This document shows, piece after piece, positions 35,026 through 44,615 of a DNA stretch of 64,000 nt (position 1 is the stretch's first letter; every line of letters begins with the position of its first letter). The DNA is from Dehalococcoidia bacterium (lineage in GTDB: Bacteria; Chloroflexota; Dehalococcoidia; Lucifugimonadales; JADFKI01): assembly GCA_965221045.1 (NCBI GenBank), contig CBDCRO010000003.1, forward strand, positions 96,016 to 160,015. Reading direction: 5' to 3'. Below the pieces are notes generated by a model, which had not been told where the DNA came from, ran no database searches, and saw only the letters and a program-made list of their open reading frames with translations. The position numbers and the translations under genes are program-made.

Positions 35026-37425
35026 ATGGATCAGAGCGAAATGGCGCAGGAGATTCAGGCCCTACGGAACAGGCTATCCCGAATGAGTGAGGCCAGTATT
35101 CGCATCAATGAAAGCCTAGATTATGTCACCGTTCTGCAGGGAGTTCTTGATAGCGCCTGCGCCCTCACCGGCGCGCGGTACGGAGGTATTAGTACCATTG
35201 ATGAATCAGGCCAGTCCGAGGAATTCTTGACCTACGGCATGAGCACTGAGCAACGGCAGTGGCTGGAAGACTTTCCGGAGGGCCCCGTGTTCTTCGAGTA
35301 TCTTCTGGGACTGGCTGAACCGCTGAGAGTAGGGGATTTCCATAGCTACATACGGGCATTGGGCCTACCTAGGTTCAATCCTCCACTGCCGGTGACTTCC
35401 CTGCTGGCGGCATCGCTGCGCAACCGGGGTGAGGTTCTCGGTGCCACCTACTTCACCAAGGGGGAATCTGGCCAGGAGTTTAGTTCCGAGGACGAGGAGA
35501 CCCTGGTCATGTTCGCCTCACAGGCGGCCCTTGTCATTTCCAATGCCCGCCGGCACCGGGAGGAACGGCGCGCCAGGGCAGACCTTGAGACCCTAGTAAA
35601 CACGTCGCCTGTAGGCGTGGCGGTCTTTGACGCCAAGTCGGGGGAGCCATTGTCCTTCAACCGGGAAGCAGTTCGAATCCTCGAGAAACTGCGGACGCCG
35701 GATCGCCCTGCCGAGGATCTTCTTCAAGACATGACCGTCCGTCGCGCCGATGGGCGGGAGGTCTCACTGAAGGATTTCTCATTCGCGCAGGTATTGAGTA
35801 CCGGCGAGACTCTGCGCGCCGAAGAGATAGTTCTGTCCGTTCCCGATGGCCGTTCGGTTAGCATCTTGGTCAACGCCACGCCAATGCACTCCGAACATGG
35901 TGATCTGATTTCGGTCGTCACTACGATGCAGGATCTGACACCACTGGAGGACCTTGAGCGGCAGAGGGCCGAGTTTCTGGCCATGGTGAGCCACGAGCTG
36001 CGGGCACCGCTGACCTCCATAAAGGGCTCTGCTGCCACCGTGTTGGGTGTTTCCGCCAACCTTAGCCCCTCCGACATACGCCAGTTTTTCCGAATTATTG
36101 ACCGTCAGGCCGATCAAATGAGCAGTCTGATCGCAGATCTATTGGACGTGGCTCGTATCGAATCTGGGACTCTGTCTGTGTATCCTGAGCCTACAAAGGT
36201 GTCTGTCTTGGTGGACGAAGCCAGGAGCACTTTCCTGAGCGGAGGGGGCAAGCACAACGTTCAGATTGACTTGCCTCCGAGCTTGCCGATGGTCGCGGCA
36301 GACGCTCAGCGCATTGTCCAGATCCTGGGCAGTCTGCTATTAAACGCCGCCAGGCATTCACCCGAGGGGTCTGTCATCAGAGTGAGCGCTTTGCCTGGAG
36401 ACTTCAACGTAGCGATCTCCGTAACCGATGAAGGTAAGGGTGTGCCAACCGCTCAATTGCCGCTGTTGTTTAGAAAGTTCTCCCGTCTTCAGGACGAGGA
36501 GCGTGGGAGTGAAGGTGTGGGAGCGGGCCTGGGCCTTGCAATATGCAGGGGAATAGTGGAGGCGCATGGGGGCAGGATATGGGCTGAAAGCGACGGACCG
36601 GATCTAGGAACGCGCTTCACCTTTACAATTCCGGTGGTGGCAGAAGTCGGAGTTGGACGGACCGTCGGCCTCGCTCGGCACCCGGAACGCGGGCGACCTG
36701 CGGATTCGGAGCAAGTGCGCGTCCTTGCGGTAGACGACGACCCCCAGGCTCAGAGGTACGTGCGCGATGCCCTTCTGAGGGCAGGGTACGCGCCGATTAT
36801 GACGGGAGACCCAATGGAGGCGCTCAGTCTAATGACAGAGACTGCCCCGCACCTGGTGCTACTGGACCTTCTGTTGCCCGGTGTCGACGGAATCGAACTG
36901 ATGAAGGACATTCTGGGCATTGCCGATGTGCCTGTCATCTTCCTGTCCGCATACGGACAGGAAGATGTGATCGACCGGGCTTTTGAGAGGGGAGCCGTCG
37001 ACTACGTCGTCAAACCCTTCTCTCCAACCGAGCTGGCTGCCAGGATCAGGGCAGCGCTGCGTAGGCAGGCGGTATCCGTGCAGCAGCGCGAGACAGCAGA
37101 GCCATTTTTGCTGGGGAACCTCAGAATCGACTACGCAGAGCGCAGAGTGTCGGTCGCCGGTAGTCTCGTCAGGTTGACCTCGATAGAGTACCGGCTGCTC
37201 GAACAACTCTCCCTGAACTCCGGACAGGTGCTAACCTACGAGCAACTGTTACGGAGCGTATGGGACCAGCGAAGCGGCGGAGACCGACGGCCGATGCGCT
37301 CGGCCGTGAAGAGCCTCCGTCGCAAGTTGCGCGACAATGCCAAGAATCCCACGTACATTTATACCGAGCTTCGCGTCGGCTACCGCATGGCAGAGACGGA
37401 TAAACCGGAAGAGGAGACACCGTGA
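35026..37425 (+). CDS. single-polypeptide two-component protein: GAF-PAS-histidine kinase-receiver-OmpR/PhoB winged helix
   Basis: SD GGAG lies 8 nt before the ATG at 35026. H-box MVSHELRAPLTSIKG. N-box LLLNAARHSPEG. G-boxes VTDEGKGVP and GAGLGLAICRGIVEAHGGRIWAES. REC region LAVDDDPQ...LLDLLLPGVDG...VVKPF. wHTH region LTSIEYRLLEQL...ELRVGYRM. No TM segment. Confidence 0.9.
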   Translation: MDQSEMAQEIQALRNRLSRMSEASIRINESLDYVTVLQGVLDSACALTGARYGGISTIDESGQSEEFLTYGMSTEQRQWLEDFPEGPVFFEYLLGLAEPLRVGDFHSYIRALGLPRFNPPLPVTSLLAASLRNRGEVLGATYFTKGESGQEFSSEDEETLVMFASQAALVISNARRHREERRARADLETLVNTSPVGVAVFDAKSGEPLSFNREAVRILEKLRTPDRPAEDLLQDMTVRRADGREVSLKDFSFAQVLSTGETLRAEEIVLSVPDGRSVSILVNATPMHSEHGDLISVVTTMQDLTPLEDLERQRAEFLAMVSHELRAPLTSIKGSAATVLGVSANLSPSDIRQFFRIIDRQADQMSSLIADLLDVARIESGTLSVYPEPTKVSVLVDEARSTFLSGGGKHNVQIDLPPSLPMVAADAQRIVQILGSLLLNAARHSPEGSVIRVSALPGDFNVAISVTDEGKGVPTAQLPLLFRKFSRLQDEERGSEGVGAGLGLAICRGIVEAHGGRIWAESDGPDLGTRFTFTIPVVAEVGVGRTVGLARHPERGRPADSEQVRVLAVDDDPQAQRYVRDALLRAGYAPIMTGDPMEALSLMTETAPHLVLLDLLLPGVDGIELMKDILGIADVPVIFLSAYGQEDVIDRAFERGAVDYVVKPFSPTELAARIRAALRRQAVSVQQRETAEPFLLGNLRIDYAERRVSVAGSLVRLTSIEYRLLEQLSLNSGQVLTYEQLLRSVWDQRSGGDRRPMRSAVKSLRRKLRDNAKNPTYIYTELRVGYRMAETDKPEEETP

Positions 37426-37673
37426 CTGTTGGCGGGCTGGAATAGGTGCATAGACAGACGCCGGCCGCGCTCACGCTTTCCCATGGCTCGATATCGACAT
37501 ACGCGTGCCGGGATCAGTTGCTCAGTTGTGCGCTGAAGGCCGTCGGACGACAGGAGGAGCTTGGCGAGCGCAACACCTGCATTAGACAGGATCAGCGACG
37601 TCCGCCGCACCATGGCGCCGTCGGGTTTGGGTATGTCGTCACTCTTAATGCTATGGCTCCTATCGCAATATCC

Positions 37674-40600
37674 CTACTCCCGCAAATCAGTGATCACTAA
37701 CTGGTAGGTTCCGGTCCCCGCGTCGCCCTCGTGGGAAGCGGCGATGTAATAGTCACCGTCCTCCGCTGGCGTGAAGCTCTCGATGCGGCTATTCAGTTCC
37801 TCACCGTTCACCTCCGTGCCGCTGCCCGGTATCAGCGCACTGTCGCCTCCGTAAACGCCGAGCAACTTGGGGTTGTGTAAAGTGCCTGGAGTGACAAACA
37901 TGAGATCTCCTTCATCGTTCTGGATCCACTCGCCGCCCCAGACGCCAAGCATATCGATCTGATAGGTGGCGCCACCGTTCAGACTAACCCGGAACCAGTC
38001 GACGTCTCTGTTCTCCTCCAACTCCCCTATTACCGATCCTCCAACGATGGCCATCCCGGTGGTGCTGGGGTCGTGGGCAAGGTCGCCTCCGGTGGGCGGC
38101 GTAGTATCGACGACCAGGATGCCGTAGGTGCCGATGCCATTCGTCCCGGTCCTCACGTCCTCCCTGCCCTTAGCCACGACGTAGTACGTGTCCTCTTCGG
38201 AGGGTCGAATCTCGAAGCCACCTAATGGCAGATCGCCTCCGCGGTCCATATGGAGCACCTTGCCTGTCGAATCGTAGATCGCGCGCAGGTAGGGCACTCC
38301 GAGAGTGTACTTGTAGTCGCCCAGGGCCAGCAATGTAAGCCAGTAGGTCTTGCCGTCACCGCCCCGCAGTTCCACCTTGTACCAGTCATGCTCAGAGCTA
38401 GGATTGTCGATGGCGCCGTCGGCCATCACGCCCGGAGTTAGTGTCGCGACTTGGTCCTCGTCGCGTTCCGCGAACAACGACTCCTCAGGGGTGGGCGGAG
38501 GTGGTGGCGGCGGTTCAGCCTCCTTGACCGTAAAGTTGTAGATGGACGAGCTAGCCCCCCCATACATGCCCCAAGAGAACAAGTTCCGTCCGGCTCTGAC
38601 GTAGAAGAGGCCCGTTGCGGGCGGAGTGAACCTGCTCCGATTGCTGTTGGGGATGATAACGCCGCCGTCATCGTACACGCCGCGCACGAATGGTTCCGGC
38701 TCGTATCCGATAGGGTATGGAGGGTCGCCTTTGTCAACGATGATGTCATAATCCTGGTCTTGCTCCAGGTGGATCTTGAACCATGAACCGCCATCATTGG
38801 GCGGATCATTGGCCCATGTGGTGATCTTCTCCCCGAGTGTCGCCGTATGTACCTCCGCGGTCTTGTCGCCGAAGTTTTGAGTGTTTATGTGCTCTACATC
38901 GGTTACTGACACCTCGTAAGGACCTCCCCAAACGTAAGATGAGCAGCAACTGCGATTACCCGCGTCGAGATAGTAGTCACCGCTGACTGTGGGGGTGAAC
39001 ACGATCTGCGACGGATTGGGGAAGAAGGGTTGTCGAGCGATGTCGGTTCCGGCCTGCACCGCCGATTCGTCACCGTACCTGATCCCGGAGATGCCGATCA
39101 AATCAAAGGGCTCATGTCCCTTGGCAGTGACCCGATATGACTTGCCCGCCTCCAGCGTTACTGCGAACCAGTCGTGTTCCCTGGTGTGTTCCGAGAAACT
39201 CTTGACGGACTTGCCTCCGACGGTGATCCGCGCGGGCGTGCTGGTGTCCTCGGGCAGGTCGGGCTCCGTGGGCGTGATGTCTCGCACCGACAACCGGTAG
39301 TCACCGTTGGCGCCACCGTAGTCCGCAGTGGCGAGAATGAAATAGGCGCCGCTCGTGGGCGGTCGGAAGTACAGACGGGCGTTTCTTCCGGCGCCGGAGT
39401 CGTTGTCTCCTTCGCCGATAAGCGAACCGCCGGGGGTGTACATCGACGCCAGATAAGGGTCGGGCAACGGACCAATCAGAGAACCTTCCTTCTCGATAGA
39501 TTCCATGTCGATCTGGTAGGTCTTTCCCGCCACCAGATCGACTGCGAACCAATCGACATCCCAGCCAATTGGAACATCGCAGTCCAATTCATAGGCGTCG
39601 GTGTAGTCGCCCATGTTGATGACCCAGTCGATCCGGCCCTCGACCGAACCGCCTACCTCTACGCGCCCGTGCGAGGTAATGCTGGCGCCAAAGTCGTCGT
39701 TCACCTCTACGACCGTGAATTTGTATTTAGCGCCAGCCCAATTGCCGACTTTCACAAAGTACAGCCCGCTCTTTGGAGGCGTAAAGTCGCCGTCTGTTTG
39801 AAGCAATGGATACTCTTCCCAACTGTACTGATACCAGTGCTCATTCTTCTCCATCAGATAGTATTCAGTTCCGTCCTCGTGAACTATGTAGCTCCACAGG
39901 TCAATGGTGGCGTCAATCTGCATCCAGATATTTTCCGGTTCCTGCGGGCGCACGAGGAATGAGTAGCGCACCCCCTTCTCCAGCTCAACGCCGACCCAGT
40001 CAGCCCCGTCGTTGTCAGCATCGTATTTGCCTGTGATCGTGGCGTTGACCTGGATTCGGCCCAGCGTGTTGGCGTCCGCCGTAAAGCGCAGATCCTCCGA
40101 CTCGGATATGTTGCCGTTGACGGCGTAGTCGAAGCTGAATGGGTGGGCAGCCGAATCAGTCGGTAACCTGACATGCACTCGGTAGGAGCCGGCGCGCAGG
40201 ACTCTACTTACCTGTTGGTTCAGTTGACCGGCTTGGTCGGATGCCAGTTCTTCGCCTCCGGAGGTCTCCAGATAGATGTCGGCCATGGCTTCATGCTGCG
40301 TCAGGTTGAGGCTGAACTCGCGCACATCCGTCAGCATGAAGTCGTAGTGCAGGTCCCCGTCGACCGTTCCGGACAGGCTGCCCGCCGAACCGTGCAGTGT
40401 GATGTCGCCTAGATCCGTTTCGTCCGAATGCTGCAATGCGTACTGCGGCTCGTCCACCACCGTGAACTCGATGGACAGCGTGTCCAACACGGTATCGATC
40501 TGTCCTTCTTTGCTGTACACCTCGGCCGTCAGGCTGTACTCGCCTGCTGGCAGTGGATTGCCGCGGAGGTCGTCCTCGCCGTTATCCCCGTACAGAGACC

Positions 40601-41471
40601 ACGGCTTCTTCTTCTCGGTCTGATTGCGAGACTTCGATCCGGACAGGCTCAGCTTCACCTCGCGCACCGCATCGTCGTCGGACGTGTCCAGACGAATCGC
40701 GAAGCTGCTCGTGTCGTGCTCCGAAAGTACGACCCTTGTGCCATCGACCAGATCACGCAGTTTATTGCCGCTCCCGCCTGCCACCAGCGCGTAGCCGGTG
40801 ATGGTCAACTCCGATGTCACACTCGCCTCGGGCGTGGCTGTGGGCTCGATCGTCGCTGTCGGGACTGCCGTTGGTGTGGCCGTGGGCTCCGGTGTATGTG
40901 TTGCGGTAGGAGTCGGCGTGGAGGTGGCCGCTGGCTCAGGAACCGGCGTGGGTGTCGGTTCCGGTGTCGCTGCTGGAGTAGACGTTGCCGTCGGGACTGC
41001 CGCGGGCGTCGCCTTGGGCTCAGGCGTCGCCGTCGGAATAGCCGTGGGCAACACGATCATACTCCATGACGACCACTTGCTTAAGTCGTCGCCCCGACGA
41101 GCATTCACTCGATAAACGTATTGGACTCCGGGCTCGTCTGCGGTGGCGTCCATCCAAAACGTTTCAATGCTCCCGGTGTCTCCTTTTATCACTTTGAATT
41201 CGCCCAGAGCATCCTTTCCCGACTCGCGACGGAGAACCCGGTAGCCGGTCACCGATTCGGCGTCCAGAACTGGAGCGTTCCATCTCAGCAGAACCCAGTC
41301 CTTGTGCAGCTCCACAGTCAGGTTTGTCGGCCTATCTGAGCTTTCGTCGGTCTGTGCGAACAACGACAGTGCGCCGAACAATGCTGGAAATAGCGCGAGC
41401 GCTAATCCCAGGCTCACTGACGCCCTGCTTAACCCCGTGCAGTTGGCTTTGAAAGGTGTGGTTGCCTTCAA
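37674..41471 (-). CDS. secreted repeat protein (1265 aa): signal peptide, FN3, Pro/Thr linker, multiple PPC/pre-peptidase-C-terminal-like modules
   Basis: The signal ends in SLFA-QT. FN3 region NLTVELHKDWVLLRWNAP...YVYRVNA. A long TPEPTATP linker follows. Recurrent module signatures are DWFAVDLVAGKTYQIDM, HDWFAVTLEAGKSYRVT, SWFKIHLEQDQDYDI, HDWYKVELRGGDGKTYWL and VDWFRVSLNGGATYQIDM. Confidence 0.9.
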   Translation of the reverse strand: MKATTPFKANCTGLSRASVSLGLALALFPALFGALSLFAQTDESSDRPTNLTVELHKDWVLLRWNAPVLDAESVTGYRVLRRESGKDALGEFKVIKGDTGSIETFWMDATADEPGVQYVYRVNARRGDDLSKWSSWSMIVLPTAIPTATPEPKATPAAVPTATSTPAATPEPTPTPVPEPAATSTPTPTATHTPEPTATPTAVPTATIEPTATPEASVTSELTITGYALVAGGSGNKLRDLVDGTRVVLSEHDTSSFAIRLDTSDDDAVREVKLSLSGSKSRNQTEKKKPWSLYGDNGEDDLRGNPLPAGEYSLTAEVYSKEGQIDTVLDTLSIEFTVVDEPQYALQHSDETDLGDITLHGSAGSLSGTVDGDLHYDFMLTDVREFSLNLTQHEAMADIYLETSGGEELASDQAGQLNQQVSRVLRAGSYRVHVRLPTDSAAHPFSFDYAVNGNISESEDLRFTADANTLGRIQVNATITGKYDADNDGADWVGVELEKGVRYSFLVRPQEPENIWMQIDATIDLWSYIVHEDGTEYYLMEKNEHWYQYSWEEYPLLQTDGDFTPPKSGLYFVKVGNWAGAKYKFTVVEVNDDFGASITSHGRVEVGGSVEGRIDWVINMGDYTDAYELDCDVPIGWDVDWFAVDLVAGKTYQIDMESIEKEGSLIGPLPDPYLASMYTPGGSLIGEGDNDSGAGRNARLYFRPPTSGAYFILATADYGGANGDYRLSVRDITPTEPDLPEDTSTPARITVGGKSVKSFSEHTREHDWFAVTLEAGKSYRVTAKGHEPFDLIGISGIRYGDESAVQAGTDIARQPFFPNPSQIVFTPTVSGDYYLDAGNRSCCSSYVWGGPYEVSVTDVEHINTQNFGDKTAEVHTATLGEKITTWANDPPNDGGSWFKIHLEQDQDYDIIVDKGDPPYPIGYEPEPFVRGVYDDGGVIIPNSNRSRFTPPATGLFYVRAGRNLFSWGMYGGASSSIYNFTVKEAEPPPPPPPTPEESLFAERDEDQVATLTPGVMADGAIDNPSSEHDWYKVELRGGDGKTYWLTLLALGDYKYTLGVPYLRAIYDSTGKVLHMDRGGDLPLGGFEIRPSEEDTYYVVAKGREDVRTGTNGIGTYGILVVDTTPPTGGDLAHDPSTTGMAIVGGSVIGELEENRDVDWFRVSLNGGATYQIDMLGVWGGEWIQNDEGDLMFVTPGTLHNPKLLGVYGGDSALIPGSGTEVNGEELNSRIESFTPAEDGDYYIAASHEGDAGTGTYQLVITDLRE

Positions 41472-41582
41472 TGTCTATATGCCTTCCTAATTCGCGTGAT
41501 ACGTGCTTCAGTCGTCTTAAGATCGCACAGACCGGTTATGTTGGCCTGGTCGTACTAACATTCTGCCACTCCCTACGCTCCC

Positions 41583-44261
41583 CTACGGCTCGATATCGAC
41601 ATAGGTGTATCTGGACCACCGGCTCAACTCCGTGCCGTATATCGCCTTCACTCGGTAGGTGTGGCGGCGTCCGGGCGTGACGTCGGTGTCCGTATATGTG
41701 GTCGCCGTAGTGCCGGTGTCCTCTGCGATCTCCTCGAAATGGCCCACTTCGTGCAGATGAGGCATACGGCGCAGAATCTGGTAGCCGGTGATGGTGGATG
41801 CTCCCTGATCGGGCGGGTCCCAGTTCAGGACGATTGCGCCGTTCACCACTGCTGTGGTCAGGTTCTGAGGCCTGGGCGGAGGAGTGGCTGCTGGCATGGC
41901 AGTAGCTGTCGCCGTGGGCGTCGCTGTCGGCTCTGGGGTAGGAGTCCAGGTGGGCGTGGGTGACGCCGTTGGGATTGGGGTCGGAGTTGAGGTTGGCGTC
42001 GCCGTGGGCGTGGCCGTTGGGGTGGCCGTGGATATAGGTGCCGAGGTGGGTATCGGCGTGGGCGTTACTGTTGCAGTTGGCTCAGGCGTTGGGGACGGCT
42101 CCTCCTCGCTCGGCTCAATGTTCGTTATGGGAGTGGGCTTCGGAGCCAACTCCTGTGGCTGTGGATTCTGCCTGGGCGTCGCTGTCGCTGTTGGAGTCGG
42201 GTTGGACTCAAACAGTGTCAACGGTGCGCCTACGGCATAGTTCACAGAGCTGGCCATGTCCAATGTATGGTATTGCCCGTCATGCCAGTCCCAGTATACG
42301 CAGAGATTCTCAGGAGGAGAAACGTCCATCGTAAGAGTAACCTTCTCCCCCTCAACGCTCTGGGTCACAGTTATTTCATCGCTATAGACTTCCCCGATCT
42401 GAAATTTGACCGACGACTTTGAGGCTGTTCCGCCAGCCGCGATCAGAGTGGCTTCCATAACCGAGGGCGCGCCCTGGGCCACTCTGAAGCGCACCTGGGC
42501 AGTGGCAAATCCGGTAGCGTCAACGCCCACGCTCATCACCTCGGGTTTCATCGTTAAAGTGAAGGGCTCTCCCGGATTGTCATCCAGTATGGGCACTATC
42601 GGTTGTCGTGATTCGATATCGAAGAAACCGTCGGGCAATTCGTTGATCTGGTTGCCGGACATCCTCAGGCACATCGACAACACGTCATCAAACACGTTCG
42701 GCAGGAGATCGGCTGGCAAGTCCGTCAATTCGTTGTCATGGAGGAAGATCAGCCACAGATTATAATTGTTCTCCAACATGCCTTCCGGCAGTTCGGTGAT
42801 TTCGTTGTTGTGTAAGTGCAACAATCGTAATTTGACCATGCCGTCGAAGATGCCCGCCGGCAACTCTCTAATGTTGTTGTCGTTCAGGTACAGCGGGATC
42901 ACCCCGGCAAGGTTGTCGAAGATACCCGCCGGCAGCGTTTCAAGGCTGTTGTCGCTTAGGTACAGTCCCCATAATCTAGTCAAGTTGTCGAAGACGCCCG
43001 CCGGCAGCGATTCAATGCTGTTGCCGCTTAGATCCAGATCTTCGAGCCCGCTAAGGCTGTCAAAGACGCCTACGGGCAGCGAATCAATGCTGTTAGAGTT
43101 TAAATCTAACAGCCTCAATGCATTCAGGTCGTCGAAGATGCCTGGCGGCAGCGCTTCGATGTTGTTGTGGCTTAGAATCAGTGAGTGCACCTTGGTGAGG
43201 TTGTCGAAGACGCCCGCCGGTAGTTCCTCAATTTCGTTGTTACGCAGGAACACTCCCTGTAATTTGGGATTGTTGTCGAAGACGCCTTCCGGCAGCGAAG
43301 TGAGTTTTGTGCCGTTTATCCACACCCCTGCTAAATCGTCGAGGTCGTCGAAGATACCGGCTGGCAGCGTTGACAGTTGGCCGTTCTTGATCAGGATGTA
43401 AAGGACTTCGGCCAAACCGTCAAAATCGCCGGCTTTTAGAGACGTGATTTCCCCATCCCAGAATAAGAAACTCGTGCTGAGGTGGGCCAGGTCCTCATCG
43501 GTAACGTCTTCACAGCGGCTAATCGCGGATAATTCCTCGACAATCTTGTCGCGCACCTGCTTCGTACGACCGCAGATGCCCAGACTCGGGTCCGGAGTCG
43601 GCGTAATCGTGGGCGTGATCGTCGGAGTCGGCGTGAGAGTCGGTGTGGGAGTTATCGTCGGTGTCAGTGTCGGAGTGATCGTGGGAGTGAGAGTGATCGT
43701 GGGAGTGAGAGTGGGCAGGGGCGTGAGAGTCGGAGTCGGAGTGATCTTCCCGTACAGGTCGACTCCCGCGTCGCTGCCCTCCGGATTCGGGACACTGCCG
43801 TAATCCCAGTAGTACTCCGACTTGCCAACGTCGTTGTAGGCGCGAACACGGAAGTAGAACAGCCCGTATCTCGGTGAGCGTGGAAGATTGCTCACCACAG
43901 CGCTGGAACCCTCGAAGCCGATCTCCACCGTACCGTGGGACATCGTGTGGGGCAGCATAACAGGGCCCGGGCCCGGATCCTCCTCGGTTCCACTCCCTGT
44001 CCTCTTGTACCACTGCACATCGTACCCGCTCGCTCCGGGCACGTCGTTCCAGTCCAGCCTGACGGAGCCGTAGAAGAGCTTCTTCCCGTCAACCTCCACG
44101 AACAACCTCTCGCCGGTCGGAATGTCCGGGATGGCGGGAATCTCTGTCGGTCCGCCGCCCTGAGCCAGTACGGACAGAGCATTACCGAGAAGTACGGCCG
44201 CAATAGTCAGCAGCGCGACCACGGCGGCCATAGCCGGAATGAGTGAGTATATTCTTCGCAT
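41583..44261 (-). CDS. secreted leucine-rich-repeat protein (892 aa) flanked by FN3 domains
   Basis: Signal/anchor MRRIYSLIPAMAAVVALLTIAAVLL. An N-terminal FN3 and a TPT linker precede a long run of ~24-aa LRRs (L..L.L..N.I..LPAGIFD.L). A Pro/Thr linker and a C-terminal FN3 follow (ITGYQILRR...YRVKAIY). Confidence 0.9.
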   Translation of the reverse strand: MRRIYSLIPAMAAVVALLTIAAVLLGNALSVLAQGGGPTEIPAIPDIPTGERLFVEVDGKKLFYGSVRLDWNDVPGASGYDVQWYKRTGSGTEEDPGPGPVMLPHTMSHGTVEIGFEGSSAVVSNLPRSPRYGLFYFRVRAYNDVGKSEYYWDYGSVPNPEGSDAGVDLYGKITPTPTLTPLPTLTPTITLTPTITPTLTPTITPTPTLTPTPTITPTITPTPDPSLGICGRTKQVRDKIVEELSAISRCEDVTDEDLAHLSTSFLFWDGEITSLKAGDFDGLAEVLYILIKNGQLSTLPAGIFDDLDDLAGVWINGTKLTSLPEGVFDNNPKLQGVFLRNNEIEELPAGVFDNLTKVHSLILSHNNIEALPPGIFDDLNALRLLDLNSNSIDSLPVGVFDSLSGLEDLDLSGNSIESLPAGVFDNLTRLWGLYLSDNSLETLPAGIFDNLAGVIPLYLNDNNIRELPAGIFDGMVKLRLLHLHNNEITELPEGMLENNYNLWLIFLHDNELTDLPADLLPNVFDDVLSMCLRMSGNQINELPDGFFDIESRQPIVPILDDNPGEPFTLTMKPEVMSVGVDATGFATAQVRFRVAQGAPSVMEATLIAAGGTASKSSVKFQIGEVYSDEITVTQSVEGEKVTLTMDVSPPENLCVYWDWHDGQYHTLDMASSVNYAVGAPLTLFESNPTPTATATPRQNPQPQELAPKPTPITNIEPSEEEPSPTPEPTATVTPTPIPTSAPISTATPTATPTATPTSTPTPIPTASPTPTWTPTPEPTATPTATATAMPAATPPPRPQNLTTAVVNGAIVLNWDPPDQGASTITGYQILRRMPHLHEVGHFEEIAEDTGTTATTYTDTDVTPGRRHTYRVKAIYGTELSRWSRYTYVDIEP

Positions 44262-44615
44262 CGTAACCCTCTCCTTGTGAGCCGGGATAACGCTTGGAAG
44301 CGATGGGCGGCTCAGGCTTCCCTATGGTTCAGCATCGACGTAGGTCTACCTGGGCCAGCGGCTCAACTGCGCGCCGCTTATCGCCTTCCGACGGGGCGCC
44401 TGCGGTACTGCTCCTATTGAACGGTCAGGCGAAGGGGCACAGGGTAGCCTTCCGGCATCCAACCATCAGGGCTGTACGACTTACTACGGCGGTTTCTGCT
44501 GGTGTATCGTGCGAGCATGCTTATTTTGTGCCGATCTGACGAAGTTAAACTTGAATGTCAACAGGCCCTGGCATCAGCAACAGGCAAACGAAAGTTTCCG
44601 ACATTTTCGGAAAAG

